Virus record (IMG/VR): IMGVR_UViG_3300044699_000125
Location: 1-56,752 of that record
DNA: 56,752 bases
From: a virus
Lineage: Duplodnaviria; Caudoviricetes
Direction: 5' to 3' (one strand)
The notes under the pieces are model-generated. The model saw only the letters and a list, made by a program, of their open reading frames with translations, ran no database searches and was not told the DNA's origin. Numbering within the stretch: position 1 is the first letter of the stretch; the number at the start of each line of letters is the position of its first letter. Position numbers and translations under genes: made by a program. This document shows, in pieces, positions 16,874-29,082 of the stretch.

Positions 16874-19800
16874 GTCAGCAGCATCTTGTTGTTGAGCGTC
16901 TCGATCCGGTCGTCGATGCGGTTGATCTCCGCCGTCTCGTTGGGCACCTTGATCTTCCCATCGACGATCCCCGCCTTGCGCTTCTGTAAATCACCCACAG
17001 TCTTGCTATGTGCGGTGAACGTCGCGCTCACTCCGGCCCAGCCCGGATGCTCCTTCGCCAACTCTGTGCGATCCGCGTAGTCCCCGTTCTTCATCACGTT
17101 CTGGAACTCGCGGATTTCATTCTTGGCGGTCTGTAATTCCTCGTACACCTTGCCCTTGCTCGGCTCCGACACCACCCGCCGCACGAACGGGTAGTTCTTC
17201 ACCTCTGTGCGCTCGTCGGCGAGGATTTTGAATCCGGTGTCGGTGGCCTTGTAAGCCGCCGTCGGCAGCCCCGGCAACAGAGTTGCGGCGATGAAGTCCA
17301 CGGTGTCCGGGTTGATGTCGATGGCACCCGCCTTCGCTGCCGAACCGCCGGTTACAGAGTTGAGAGTCGAGGTGATGACCTTGGAGGTCTTGCTCGCGCC
17401 GAGGCTGCCCATGGCCGAGTCCGGTTGCTTGGGTCCGAAGTGAGTGTCCTGTGTGCGCGCGATCTTGCTGCCGAACGTGTTCTCGTTCATGGCGAGCGCG
17501 AGGATCGGATCGAGCGCCGTTGGCGTCACGGTCTTCATCACCCGGCCCCACGCTTCCTTGGAGTCGGAGCCGCCGCCCAGAGGGTTGAACGCCTGCCCGC
17601 CCGCCTTCATCGACGAGAACACGGCGTCCTGCACAGAGCGCCCGAAGAAGGTGTCCGCCATGTAGTTGCCCGCTGCGTAGAACGCATTCCACCCGTACGG
17701 AAGCGGAATCTTCGGCCCGTGCGCAAACGGGATCAGATTGGTGGCTCTGTCCCAGTCGCTCAACTGCTGGTAGTCGGGGATGCCGTTCTCGTCCTCGTCG
17801 CCACCCGAGTTGCCGGTGAGTCCGGCCACGAAGCCCATGCCGAACAGAGACACGGCGATGGCCTTGCCCTGCGGCGTCTGTATCGCTTGCCACAGACGGG
17901 CCGTGCCCTGCACCGCCGGGTTGAAGAACAGGTACAGAGACGACAGAGCTTGCGAGGAACCCTTGCGGTTGAAGTTCACGGTCAGGTTCTTGGCGTAGTC
18001 GGCGGCGTCCGCCTTCGACCACCCGTTCTCGCGCAGCACCTTGTACGCGGCCACGCGCGGCACCGCCTCCACCGCCGCGTTGGCGTCCTCCAGCCAGTCC
18101 ACGATGCCTTTGGCGTGCGACTGCTCGTAGTACGTCCGCACCTTGCCCTTGATGCCGCCACGACCCTGTAAACGGTCCTCCATGCTCTTCAGCTTGGCTG
18201 CCCGATCCTCCAGCGTCTCCAGCCCGAAGAACTTGGTGATGCCGCCTTCCTTCTCCAGTTCCTGATACCACTTGCCCAGCCCCACCGGATGGTCGGGATC
18301 GGTGAGCGCCTTCTTGATGTCTCTGTGTCCCTTCAGCGCCAGAATCTCCTTCACCACCGCCTTGCCCATTCCCGGCGGCAGCGTCTTGTCGGAGGCTATG
18401 TTGAAGTACGCCGTCTGTGCGTCGCGGGCCGCGTTGATGATCGACCACTCGGGATTGAGCGTGGTCATCATCATGGCGAGGAACTTGTTGAATTTGCGGG
18501 CCGTTTCCAACAGAGCGGTGCCGCCGGAGGCGTTCGCCCCGACCATCGCCTGTGCGAACTGGTCGTCCTTCAACTCGATCTGTATTGCGCGCCCGTTCTT
18601 GAACGCCGTCAGCACGTTGGGATTCATCACCCCGTTGTCGGCTTGGTAGCGGATGGCACCCGTCTCGGGGTCGAAGGTCTGCCGTGCCTTCTGTGGATTC
18701 AGCACCCAGAACTTGGGATCGGGATGGTCGCGCGCCAACTCCGCCAGCGACAGCGTCACCTCGTTCTTCCCTGCTCGCACGATCTTCGCTTCCGCGTCCA
18801 GTAGCATGTGCGAGATGTTGTTGCTCGAATCGGTGTCCCGGCCCGTCGCGTACTTCAACAGAGACGCCTTGCCGGAGAACCCAGCACCCACACCCAGCCC
18901 CGACGTGATCTCTGTGGTGTCGTCCGGGTCCAGTCCCTTCAGCGGACGGTAGTGCTTGTACTGGCGCAGGCCCGCCGCGTCGTCGGCGTCGATCAGCCCA
19001 CTCGACTCCATCAGCGCGACCTTGAACTCGGACACGTCGTCGGCGATCTTGCCGATAGCCTGAAGCTCGGCGTAGTACGGCAGGCTCTGTACGGCCTGCA
19101 ACAGATTGTTGGCGTCCCCCGTGGTCATGCCGGAGCCGTCCACCTTCAGCCCGCCGGTGCGCTGCTCGATGCGGTCGTTGCGCTCCTCCGCGTGCTGGGA
19201 GACGAGGAACTGCTCGATGTCGCGCAGCGTGGCACCCTTCGACAGAGCCTTCTCCAGTTGCTCTTCCATCGGCTCCACAAACTTGCGCTTGAACTCGTCC
19301 AGCTTGGCCCCGGTCTTGCCAGCGAACAGAGTGATCTTCTGGTACAGATTGTTATCGACCGAGATGATCCCGCCCTTCTTCAACAGATCGGTCATCAACC
19401 GGCGCACGTCGAGGAACGAGTCCTGCGTGGCCCTCTGTATCGAGGCCCGGAGTTCGGGACCACGGTTGTAACCGATCCGACTCAGCGTAGCGTCGATGGC
19501 CTTGGTGAAGGCGTTGGTGCCCTTCTGGGGCGAGATGTCGATGTCGAACAGAGCATCGGGTCCCTTCCCCCAGACGTCGTGCTGGCCCTCGTCGAACACC
19601 GTCTCCTTGCGCCGCACCAGCCGCACGCCCTTCTCGCGCAACTGGTCGATGGCGTCCGCCGTGGTGGCCGCCTGCCCCTCGGTGTAATCCTCGCGGATGT
19701 CGCCGCCGGGGAGCGCCTTGAACACGAACCACGCTTGCGCAGGGGCGTTGTAGGTCGCCATGCCGACGATCTTGTTGCCCTTCATCGCGTAGACCTCGAC

Positions 19801-22800
19801 CGGGTTCAGCAGGTCCTTGCGCGAGAACAGGATGCGGCCACGGCTGCGCACCGGCTCCGTCTCCGGCACAGAGTCCTTGGCCCGCGCCTCGGCCCGGTCG
19901 TAACCGTTGCGCCCGTACTGCTTGGCCTCGCTCTTGTCGTACGGCTCCGCCGCACCCTCGCCGTAGACCATCCACACCACGTCGGGTCGGCCACCGTTCC
20001 ACTCGCTCTGTGCTTTCTCGTCCCAGCCTGCCGGAGCGTACTCATCGTTGAACGGCATCTGTGACACGGCATGGAAACCAGAGGCGGCAAACAGGTCGGC
20101 AGCGTAGGTGTCGTATGTTGACAGCCAGCGTCCGCCCATCTGTGTCGCGGCGTGCATCATCGACACCGAGACGGACTTCAGGTTGTCCGGGCCGCGCTTC
20201 GGCAGGGTCTTGAATACAGAGACGATCTCGCCGTCGGGCTTGATGGCGAACCCAGCCTTGCCGTCCTGCGTGAGGAACATCCGCATCCCGTCGTAGCCGA
20301 TCCCGTAGCGGGTGCTGACCGGGTCGTAGACGGTGATGTGCTGCCCATCCGCGCCCTGCGACTCCATGGCCTGAAGCACGCGCTCGCGGAATTCCATCGC
20401 GGCCTCGTGCGTCGGCGCGAGTTCGTGCAGCGGCGGCGTTGCCACCCCCGCGTGTTCCATCGCGTTGACGTACTTCTGGTCCGGCGTGTACGTCTCGATC
20501 ACATGCTCAAGGAACGAGTCGTCAGCCCTTACATCCGCTCTAAGACCCTTGCTACCTCGGCTTCGGTAAGCTCGGGGTGATTGGTACGGAGACTTTGTCG
20601 CATCATATTTTGAATGGGTGAGAGAAAGCTCTCGGGCGACTTCGGCCCTAGCAAACTTTCGCCTTTGAGACTCTGTGAGACTGCCCTGTCGAACTCCTCC
20701 GCGCTCGGAAGCTGGCCGAGATTGAACTCCTGCGGTGCCTCCAGATCGGGCAGCGAATTTCTGTCCTGCGGGGGTATCGAGGAATCGCTGGACTGCTTTT
20801 TCGTAGTCATTCGGTTCACCCTTGGTGCTGGTCGCGTTGTGGTTCGCGTACAGGTCCTTCTCCGGGAACCACAGGATGGCCTGCACGTCGCCGGGAAGAA
20901 TCTTCTCGCCCACGCGCGTACGGTTCACCAGCTTCAGCGCCTGCTGCACAGTGTCGCGGATGTTGTTGCGGTGGGTGCCGCCGGTGGGCTGGTCGTTCAT
21001 CGGCGACTCGTCCCACGTCCGGGCTGCCGACGACAGTTCGGTCTTCTTGTCGTAGTCCTCGTTGGCCCACGCCTTGTGCACCCTCTGTGCCAGCGGGTAC
21101 ACGTCGTCGTCGCTCATGCGGTCGAGTTCGGCGACCTCATCCTTGGTGATGCCGAATCGTTCCAGTTGCTCGGGCTTCGCGCTTCTCAATTCTTCCCGGA
21201 AACGTGACGCCTGCTTCAGGTCCAGTTCGAGGTCCTCGTTCAACAGAGAACCGGTGAGGCGACCGATGGTTCGCATGAACCACCGGTCCATGGTCAGCGG
21301 CTGGTAGTTCTCGTTCAGGTTCTGGTAGAACGCTCCGCCCACCTTGGGGCCGAACATGGCCGACCCGTGCACCACGGTGTCCGCCAACTCGCCGGTGGCG
21401 GGGATGCCCATCCGGTTCATCTGTGCGGCGGTGTACTTGGTGTTCAGGAAGCTGGCGAACAGATCGGGACCGTACCGCTGGATCATGTCGTTGGCGGCGT
21501 TGAACGCCTTCACCATCTGTTGCGCTTCGCGTCCGTTGCCGCCGACGAGGAACAGCCCCTTGTCTCTGTAATACGCATACGTCTCAAACGCCATGGCGAC
21601 GTTGGCGTCGGTATCGTTGCCGTTGCTGGTGATTGCCAGCGCCAGCGTGAACATGGAGCGGTCTGTGGGATTGCTCGCCACCTCCGGGTACACGTTGCCG
21701 ACCAACTTCAACCCGGCTTCCAGTTGATCCCGGAACCACTTGGCAGACGACGCCTTGCGCTTCAGCCCCGCCTTGATCTCCCTCGCCATCAGGGTGGCGA
21801 TCTGTGCCCGGTCACCCTCGTTGGCGATGTTGAGCCTGCGTCCGAGGATGGCGCGAGCGCGAGCCTGAATCGCCTTGGCGAAGCTGATCTGGTTGCCGCG
21901 CGGGGTCTTCTCGAAGTCGTGCAGCGTCTCGCCCTTGTCCAACAGAGGAATCAGGGTCGGGTCATCCGTCGGCTTGTACTTGCCGATGGCGCGCAGCACC
22001 TTCGCCTCCGCGTCGTTGGCGGCCTTGCCCAGCGTCGAGCGCGACTGGCGGATGTCGGGATTGGTGGTGCTGAACTCGCCGCTGTTGCCGATGGCCGACT
22101 TCACCTGATTGGCCTCGTACACAGCGAGGTTCTTGCGACCGGCTTCCTTCTGGTAGAAGGCGTCGTGCCCGTTGGTGCGGATGGCTTCCTGCACCACCGG
22201 ACTCTCGATGGTCGTCCAGATGCCCATCTCGATCTCGCGCATCAACTGCTTGACGCCCATCTTCTCTGTGTTGCGGTTGACGTCCAGCACGTCGAAGGTG
22301 CCGTCCTCGTTGGCGAAGTAGTTCTGCAACGTCGCCTGCAACAGATCACGGTCCTTCTTCTTGTCGAAGTCGAACGGGTACTCGGCCTTGACGTACAGAG
22401 GGTACATGCGCGGCTTGGCGTTCCTGCGCGCCTTGGCCGCCTCGGTGCCCTGCTCCTTGTTCTTCTCGCCCTTCATCCAGCTAACAGAGGTGAAGGCGAA
22501 GTCCTCGGCGAAGTTGATGTCGTCGGTGAGGAAGATGGCCCCGGCCTGCTTCTGCCGGAACTCGCTGATGATGCGTGCGGTGCCGTGGTACATGACCTTC
22601 GGCTCGCCATTCTTATCGACGATCTGGCTCTTGCCGAACCACAGCTTGAACGCAGGCGTGTCGGTCTGCCCGGTCAACTCGTTGATGGCGTAGTCGATCT
22701 CGAACCCGTAGTCGCCATCCACGTTCATGTACGGCGTGCCGAACGCGGCCTTGGAGCGCGACAGCCGGATGTCACCCAGCAGGCGGCGCACCAGCGGACG

Positions 22801-25800
22801 GATCACCGCAGGCAGCTTCTGCACAGAGGCCGGGTCGCGCAGCGCGTCGTTGACCAGTTGCCGGAACTGCTTCGTCTCGGCGTCCGACAACTCCTTCACG
22901 TTGTACAGAGCGGCGACCTTCTTCTGGTCGAGCGCGGTCATGTTCTCCATGCGCTCCACGATCTGCGGCCAGTCGCGCTCCATCCGCTCCTTCATCACCT
23001 CCATCTGCCGGTGGTCGCGGGCGGCGAGTTCCTTCGCCTTCATCTCGGCGGCGTCCTTCTCCCGCTTCTCCTTCAGCGCGCGGTTCTGTTCCTTGGTGAT
23101 GGCAGCGACCCGCTTCTGCTCGGCGGTCATGTTCGCTTCGCCGACCGCACGCCACGCCATGATTTCCTTGTACGCGGTCTGTGGGCTGACCTTGCCGCCC
23201 TTCTTCGCGTCGTACAGAGAGCGGATCATGTAGTTCTTGTGATCCGGCGATAGCTCGCTGAAGTCGGGATCACCCTCGGCGGTAGCAAGGTTCTGGTCCC
23301 ACTCCACAGCGGCCTTCTCGTAGTCGCGGGTGTGCCGCGTGGTGCCCTGCTCCGCTTCCGGCAGGCGCTCGGCGCTGGTGATGCTGTTGACCTCGTAGAA
23401 CGAGTGCATCAACTCGGCGGCGTTGATCTCGCCGCTGATGTAATCCTCGTAGTCCTCGACGAATCGCTTCTGTGCACCCTTGGTCAGCATCGTCCACGGG
23501 AACTGACCTTCGTCCGGGTCCGGCTCGCCCTTGTTCTCGTACCACGCGGCGGCCTCGGAGCGAAGCTCGACCTCGGTGCGGATGTCGGGGTCCTTCCTGA
23601 ACTGCACCAACAGATTCTTGACCGCTATGTTGACCTGCCGCAGGTCGTTGAACAGAGCGCGTTCCTCGCCCGTCTTCTTGACGTTGGGGTCGGCGACCAC
23701 CGACTTCAGTGCGCGCAGCAGCGACTGCAACATCGCCACCACCTCGTCCATCATGCGCAGCACGATGGGCTTGTCCTTGGGCGCGACGTTCTGCATCAGC
23801 ATTTCCCAGAACTCCGGGGACTGGAATGCCGTGCCCATCGCGTCGGCTGACCACTCTTCCTGCGTCAGCGCGCCGATCTCCGCCATCGACGGTCGCGTCT
23901 CGTTGCGCGCCTGCGCCTCCGCCTCCAGCGTGCGCTTCAGCTTGTAGACGTACTCCTTGTACGCCTTGTTGTTCGACAGGCCGATGACGACCTGCTCGAA
24001 GTCCTTCCACAGACGCGGGTTCAACTCCCGGATGTTGTGGCCGAATTCGTGACCGACGAGGAACGCCCACGGCTTGCTGGCGTTGACGTTGATGTAGATC
24101 GTCTCCCGGTCGCCGGGAATCTTGAACCCATCCTCGCCAGTGTTCTTCTCTGTGGGCGAGTAGAACTGGATGCGCTGTCCGAACAGCGCGTCCATCCACT
24201 TCGCCATGTTCTCGTAATTCTTCGGCGTCTCGACCAGCGTGACAGGCGGGCGATCCACGTCGCGAGGTACTCGTTAGTGAGGGTCTGGCGCTCGGCCATG
24301 GTGCTGTCGGGCCTGATCTTGCGCTGCTCGGGTGCGAGCTTGGAGGCACGGGCGATGCGCTTGCGCAGGTTCTTGAGGGCGAGGTCGCGCTGCTCCTGCT
24401 GCTCGGCGCGCTTCTCCTCCGGCGTCCTCTGTGGCTTGGGCGGCGTGTGGGTGGCACCCACCCCGGCGGCGCGCTGCTCGGGTGTCTGCCCCGGCGTGAA
24501 CTCGTCCTGCACCCGCAACAGCACACGGGTGTTGGTGTCGCCGCGCTTGAGCGCGATCTTCTGCACAGAGCCGTCCGCGCTGTGCAACTCGACGCGAGCG
24601 AGAGCCTTCCCGTCCGGCGTTGACCACGACTTGAACTGGACCGGGTTGTCGTCGGCATCGACACCCTCGATTACCAGCGACGGTTCTACCTTCCCCTTCC
24701 TTGCCTTTTTCTCTGTGCCACCTTCGGCAGGCTTCTGCCCTTGCTTGCCTGATTCCACTCGGCGACGTTCACCCCCTGCTTCTCCATCTTCTCCCGGTTC
24801 GCGTTGAAGAACTTCTGCTGCGCCTTGCTCTTGTACGGCATTCTCGTCTCCCAGTCGGCGTAGCGCCTTGGCGATTGCGTTGGTCTGCTTGGGCGTGAAG
24901 ACCCGGTCGCCGACCTTCACACCCTCGGCGGTCATCAACAGAGGCAGGTCCTGATCCTTGTAGCGGAAGGTGCCGTCGCCGAAGTAGATCAACTCGGGAT
25001 CGACCTTGGTCACCCGCAGGCCGACGGCGTCCCGCCCCATCTTGTGGCTGGCTTCCTTCGCCTTCTTGGCGGCAGCCGTCTCCTTCTTCTCCGCCTTCGC
25101 AGGCTTGGCAACCTCTGTTGACAGAGAAGATTTCTTATCTTCGCCCTTCTTCTCTTTTCGTTTCCTATCTTTCTCCTTACTTACCGCTTTGGCAGCCTTG
25201 GCGGCAGGCGGCTCCTCTGTAACCGGAGCGACGACGGCGGCCTTGGCAATCGCCGCAGGCTCGGTGGCAATCGCCGCAGGCCGACCGCTGTACGCGCCCA
25301 GCCTTCCGTGCCAACGCAGCGCGCTCCCGGCGTCGATCCCGGCGGGGAGGTGCGGCTGGATCGCCTTGGCGAATGCCTTGGCGGAGTCCTCGGCGGCCTT
25401 GTACAGAGCCGGGTCGTTCGACTTCGAGGCAGCCTTCTGCTTGGCGACAGCTTCGTCGGCGAGCGTCACCACGTCCTTCGGCACCGACCCCCATGCCTGC
25501 TCCAGCGCCGCTGCCTTCTGCTGCACCCCGGTCAGTTCGGTCTGGACCTTGGCCTGCCGCTCGGCCAGCGCATCCGGGATGGTCTGGACGTCGGTAACGC
25601 CTCCCGGCGGCGTCTGCGCAGCGACCGCAGCGGTGTTGGGACCGGCGAGCGGCGTGGCGGCTTGGGCGACCACGTTGCCAGCCGCATCCTTGGCCGATAC
25701 TGCGACCGGGAGGCCGGGGCCGGTGGCGACCTCGGACTTCGACTCGGGGATGTCGAGGAACGCCGCGCGCTGCTTGTCTGTGATCTTCTTCAGCCCCCGG

Positions 25801-27615
25801 ATCGAGGCGGCCTTCTGGGGATTGGTGGTGAGGTAGGTCCCGTCCTTCTTGACGATCACCGTCACGCCACTAGGGATGGTCTGTGGCATCCCGGTGCCGC
25901 GAGCGACGAACACCGCGTCCTTCGGGTGCCCCGGCTCGACCATGGCCGCGATCTGGGCGGCGATGTCTCCGGCAGGCTCGGTGCTGGTGGCCTTGTTGTC
26001 GAAGGCGGAGATCGGCGTGACGGTGGCCTTGCCCTTGCCCAGCGCCTCTGTGTCACCCTTGGCCTGCGTGATGGTGCGCAGGATGTCCGGCCCCTTCATG
26101 CTGGCGAGGGTGTCCTTGGCAGCCTGCTCCATCTCCTTGATTGCAGTGGCAACGTCCACCCGTGCGGTGGAGCCGCCAGCTTCCGGGGGCGTGGTCAGGC
26201 CGCGAGCGCGTCCCAGCGTGACCTCGGGTAGCGCCTCCACGCCGACGTCCGCCGGTAGCCCAGAGGGCGTAGCCACAGCGGGTTCGGCAGTGGGTGCTGC
26301 CCCGGCGACCGCTGGTGCCTCCCCAGCCGCAGCCGGACGGTTGACCCTCTGTAGACCGCCTGCGCCGCCACCCAGCATCCCGCCGATCCCGGCTCCGGCA
26401 GCGATGGAGTTGATGATGTTCTTGCGCGACGCCGGGTCTGTGAACGCGGTCTCCCAGTTGTGGGTCCCGGCCCCGATCTCCTCCAGCACGGTCTGGATGC
26501 CCTCGGTGCCGCCCTCTGTGAGCGACGACGAGACGGCACCCCGCGCGGCGTTGGAGAGGCGGCTGCCACCCTTGCCGACCTTGAACAGCTTGCTCACCCC
26601 CGACCGCATCGGCGACCGTGTCCATCAGGCCCGCGCCCAGCCCGTAGCCGTACACCTTCGCCATGTCCACCGGCTTGCCGGTACGCTCGGACTCGGCCAG
26701 CGCGTCGTTGTAGATCGAGCCGATCTCGACCGCTGTGTTCTTCCCGCCCGCCAGCGTGCCCCCGATCACCATGTACTTCAGGACGTTGGCGTTGGCCTGC
26801 GTGAGGGCCTGCTCGGCGGTGAGTTCGATGCCCTTGGCGGCGGCAGCGGCGGTCAGCTTCTCCGCCTCCAGAGCGGCGGCTTTTCCGGCCAGCGCCTTGA
26901 ACGCGCCACGGCGCATCACCGCGTTCGCTATCCCGCCGATCATCCCGGCGGCCCCACCGACCGCCGTTCCACCGACTGGAATCACAGAGCCGATGGCGGC
27001 CCCTGCCACTGCGGTGGCGACTCCCTCGACGAGAATCTCGGTCGCGCCTCCGGCGAGGCTCTTGGCGAAGTCGAGGACGCTACCCTTGCCCTCGGTCAAC
27101 TCTGTAAAGCTGGGTCCGGTGTTGAGCTTGGCCTCCTCGGCCCTGATCTGTGCCCCCTTCTCGCCCGCCCACTTCTCCACGCCCTCGGCCCCGAGAGAGC
27201 GAGCGCCCGCCTGCACCGCGCCCAGCACGCCACCCTTGGTGCCCAGCCACTGTGACTGGAAGCTGGAACTGAACACGCCCGGAGCGTTGGGATCGGGCGG
27301 CTGCTCGAACTGCACCGGCGTGAACCCGGCAGCGATCATCTCGGGACTGAGGGGCGCGCTGTCCCGTGGCGGTGCGGTACCGGGCTTGGGCACCTCAAAC
27401 TGCACCGGCGTGAACCCGGCGGCCAACATAGGATCGACCGGCGGCGCGGTCGGCTCGCGCGTCGGCTGGTTCACCGGCTCTTCCGGGATTGCCATGCGCG
27501 GCGGCTTCGGCGCGGGCTTGCTCGGCCCACCCCCGTACACCGGCAACCCGGCGCGTGCCCGTTCCGACGTCTTGTAGATTGCGTCGTCGTCGTCTTCCCG
27601 CAGACCGTACGCCAT
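16846..27615 (-). CDS. Giant polyvalent virion/ejection protein (~3,590 aa; split by two frameshifts near 26,610 and 24,255)
   Basis: ORFs 26053..27615, 24021..26609 and 16846..24258 join end to end; HEFGH zincin-like, ART-PolyVal-like (GEPKVMYHGT...QVKSAIGNSGEF), glycosylase-like (GPKVG.FYQNL...TMDRW), GNAT-like and LPD38-type C-terminal (TVNFNRKG..LYLFFN) motifs. Confidence 0.85.
20529..20810 (-). CDS. Candidate overprinted gene inside the giant ORF (93 aa)
   Basis: Alternate-frame ORF, AAGGGTGA upstream of ATG, local loss of GC3 bias in an interdomain linker. Confidence 0.5.
   Translation of the reverse strand: MTTKKQSSDSSIPPQDRNSLPDLEAPQEFNLGQLPSAEEFDRAVSQSLKGESLLGPKSPESFLSPIQNMMRQSLRTNHPELTEAEVARVLERM
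24686..24841 (-). CDS. Candidate overprinted small basic protein (51 aa)
   Basis: GGGAG RBS 6 nt before ATG; MPYKSKAQQKFFNANREKMEKQGVNVAEWNQASKGRSLPKVAQRKRQGRGR. Confidence 0.7.
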   Translation of the reverse strand: MPYKSKAQQKFFNANREKMEKQGVNVAEWNQASKGRSLPKVAQRKRQGRGR

Positions 27616-27624
27616 GCCTGCTCC

Positions 27625-29082
27625 TTACGGCTTCTGCATCCCGGTCGTTCCCGGTGTGGCAATGGGCTTCACACCCGGCGGCAGGTAGCGGATCAACAGA
27701 GTCGTCTTCGGGTCGCCGGTGTTGTAGTAATACTTGCCGTCGCGCTGCACGATGTTCCGACCCTGATTGATCTGGTCCTGCGCGGCGTCCAGCTTCATCA
27801 CCAACTCCGGCGTCAGCTTGGCGATCCCGTTGGCCTCGGCGAGGTTGTTGATGCCGACGATCTTGTCGGCCAGCTTGGTCTTCATCTGCCCACCGGAAGC
27901 CTCGTCGGCAGCGAGGGTCTGTGCGGTGACCCCGTTCATCTTGAACAGAGTGTTCGCCACCATCTCGCTGGCGCGCGTCTCCTGCGCGGTAGTCCGCGCC
28001 TCGCGGGAGGTCTTCGCGCTTTCGGCGTACGACGCGGCCATGGCGGCGCGCACCGGCTCTTCCGACTTGTTGTGCCGGATCATCTCGTCGATCCGCTTCT
28101 CCTCCAGCTTCCGCTGGTCTTCCCAATTCTTGATCTGTGCACCGGACTCGACGCCCCTGCGCTTCTCCTCCGTCTGCTTGAGTCCGTATTCGAGAATCTT
28201 CTCGGGAGCCAGCCCCATGGTCAGCATCCCGTCCACGAACGCCGGGTAGATGGCCGTCTCCTTCTGCTCGCCGGTCTTGGCGTCGATGGAGGTGAACTGG
28301 GCCATGCCTTCCCTGCCGGGGATGACCTTGTAGCTGCCCGGAACCGCAGCCCCCGCCATCACGTCGTCGAACAACTGGGGGATAGAGGGGTCGCTGGCGT
28401 TGGCCTTCAGCATCGTCCCCAGCGCCACCATCTTGGTGATCTTCTCCTGCACCGGAGCCTGCGCGAGGGTCTGTGCCATCTGTGCCGCCTTCTCCGGCGA
28501 ATGCCGTCCGACGAGGCGAATCAGTCCGGGGCCAATGTCGGCCATCAGCTTCTGTGAACGGTTGATGGCGTCGGCCATGGTCGGCTTGGGCGCTGCGGGG
28601 GCGGCAACCGGTCCCGGCGGTACGGGTCCCGGAGGCACCGGTCCCGGCATGGGTCCCGGCGGCCCTGCTTCACCCGGCGGCGGACCGGCAGGCCCACCCT
28701 GCGGCATCGGCGGCGGTGCGAGTCCCGGCCCAGCCATGGCGGCAGTGCGCGGCGCGGCAGGTCCCGGCGCGGCAGTGGGTACCGCCTCGGGAATGGCGGC
28801 CTGCGGCGGCGGTGCGGCTGGCGGCGGCGCGGCCATGTTCGGTGGCGGTACCAGCCCAGCCTGCGGCGGCGGTGGGGCGACATCCCATGCGGTGCCCGCC
28901 TTCACCTTGGCGGCGATGTCGCTCCACATCTGGCCCATCTCTTTGTACTCGGCGGATTCGAGGTCCCACTTCTCCTGCGCCCGCTTGTCGGTCGCTGCAA
29001 GGAGGTCGCCGCGACGCTCGTTCTCCTTCAACTGGCGAACGGCGGTGAAGGCGTTGACGAAGGAAGTGCCGAAGTCGCTCAT
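27625..29082 (-). CDS. Putative internal virion/ejection protein, Pro-rich
   Basis: Lies between tail genes and the giant protein; helical with a Pro-rich linker. Confidence 0.65.
   Translation of the reverse strand: MSDFGTSFVNAFTAVRQLKENERRGDLLAATDKRAQEKWDLESAEYKEMGQMWSDIAAKVKAGTAWDVAPPPPQAGLVPPPNMAAPPPAAPPPQAAIPEAVPTAAPGPAAPRTAAMAGPGLAPPPMPQGGPAGPPPGEAGPPGPMPGPVPPGPVPPGPVAAPAAPKPTMADAINRSQKLMADIGPGLIRLVGRHSPEKAAQMAQTLAQAPVQEKITKMVALGTMLKANASDPSIPQLFDDVMAGAAVPGSYKVIPGREGMAQFTSIDAKTGEQKETAIYPAFVDGMLTMGLAPEKILEYGLKQTEEKRRGVESGAQIKNWEDQRKLEEKRIDEMIRHNKSEEPVRAAMAASYAESAKTSREARTTAQETRASEMVANTLFKMNGVTAQTLAADEASGGQMKTKLADKIVGINNLAEANGIAKLTPELVMKLDAAQDQINQGRNIVQRDGKYYYNTGDPKTTLLIRYLPPGVKPIATPGTTGMQKP

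Noticed and set aside
25110-25200. AT-rich patch with AAGGAG as a third nested gene
   Set aside because: No start codon at suitable spacing; explained by a Lys/Glu-rich linker
17425-27577. Long plus-strand ORFs (for example 21367-23253, 25849-27255)
   Set aside because: Antisense shadows of GC-rich genes, with no RBS or motifs
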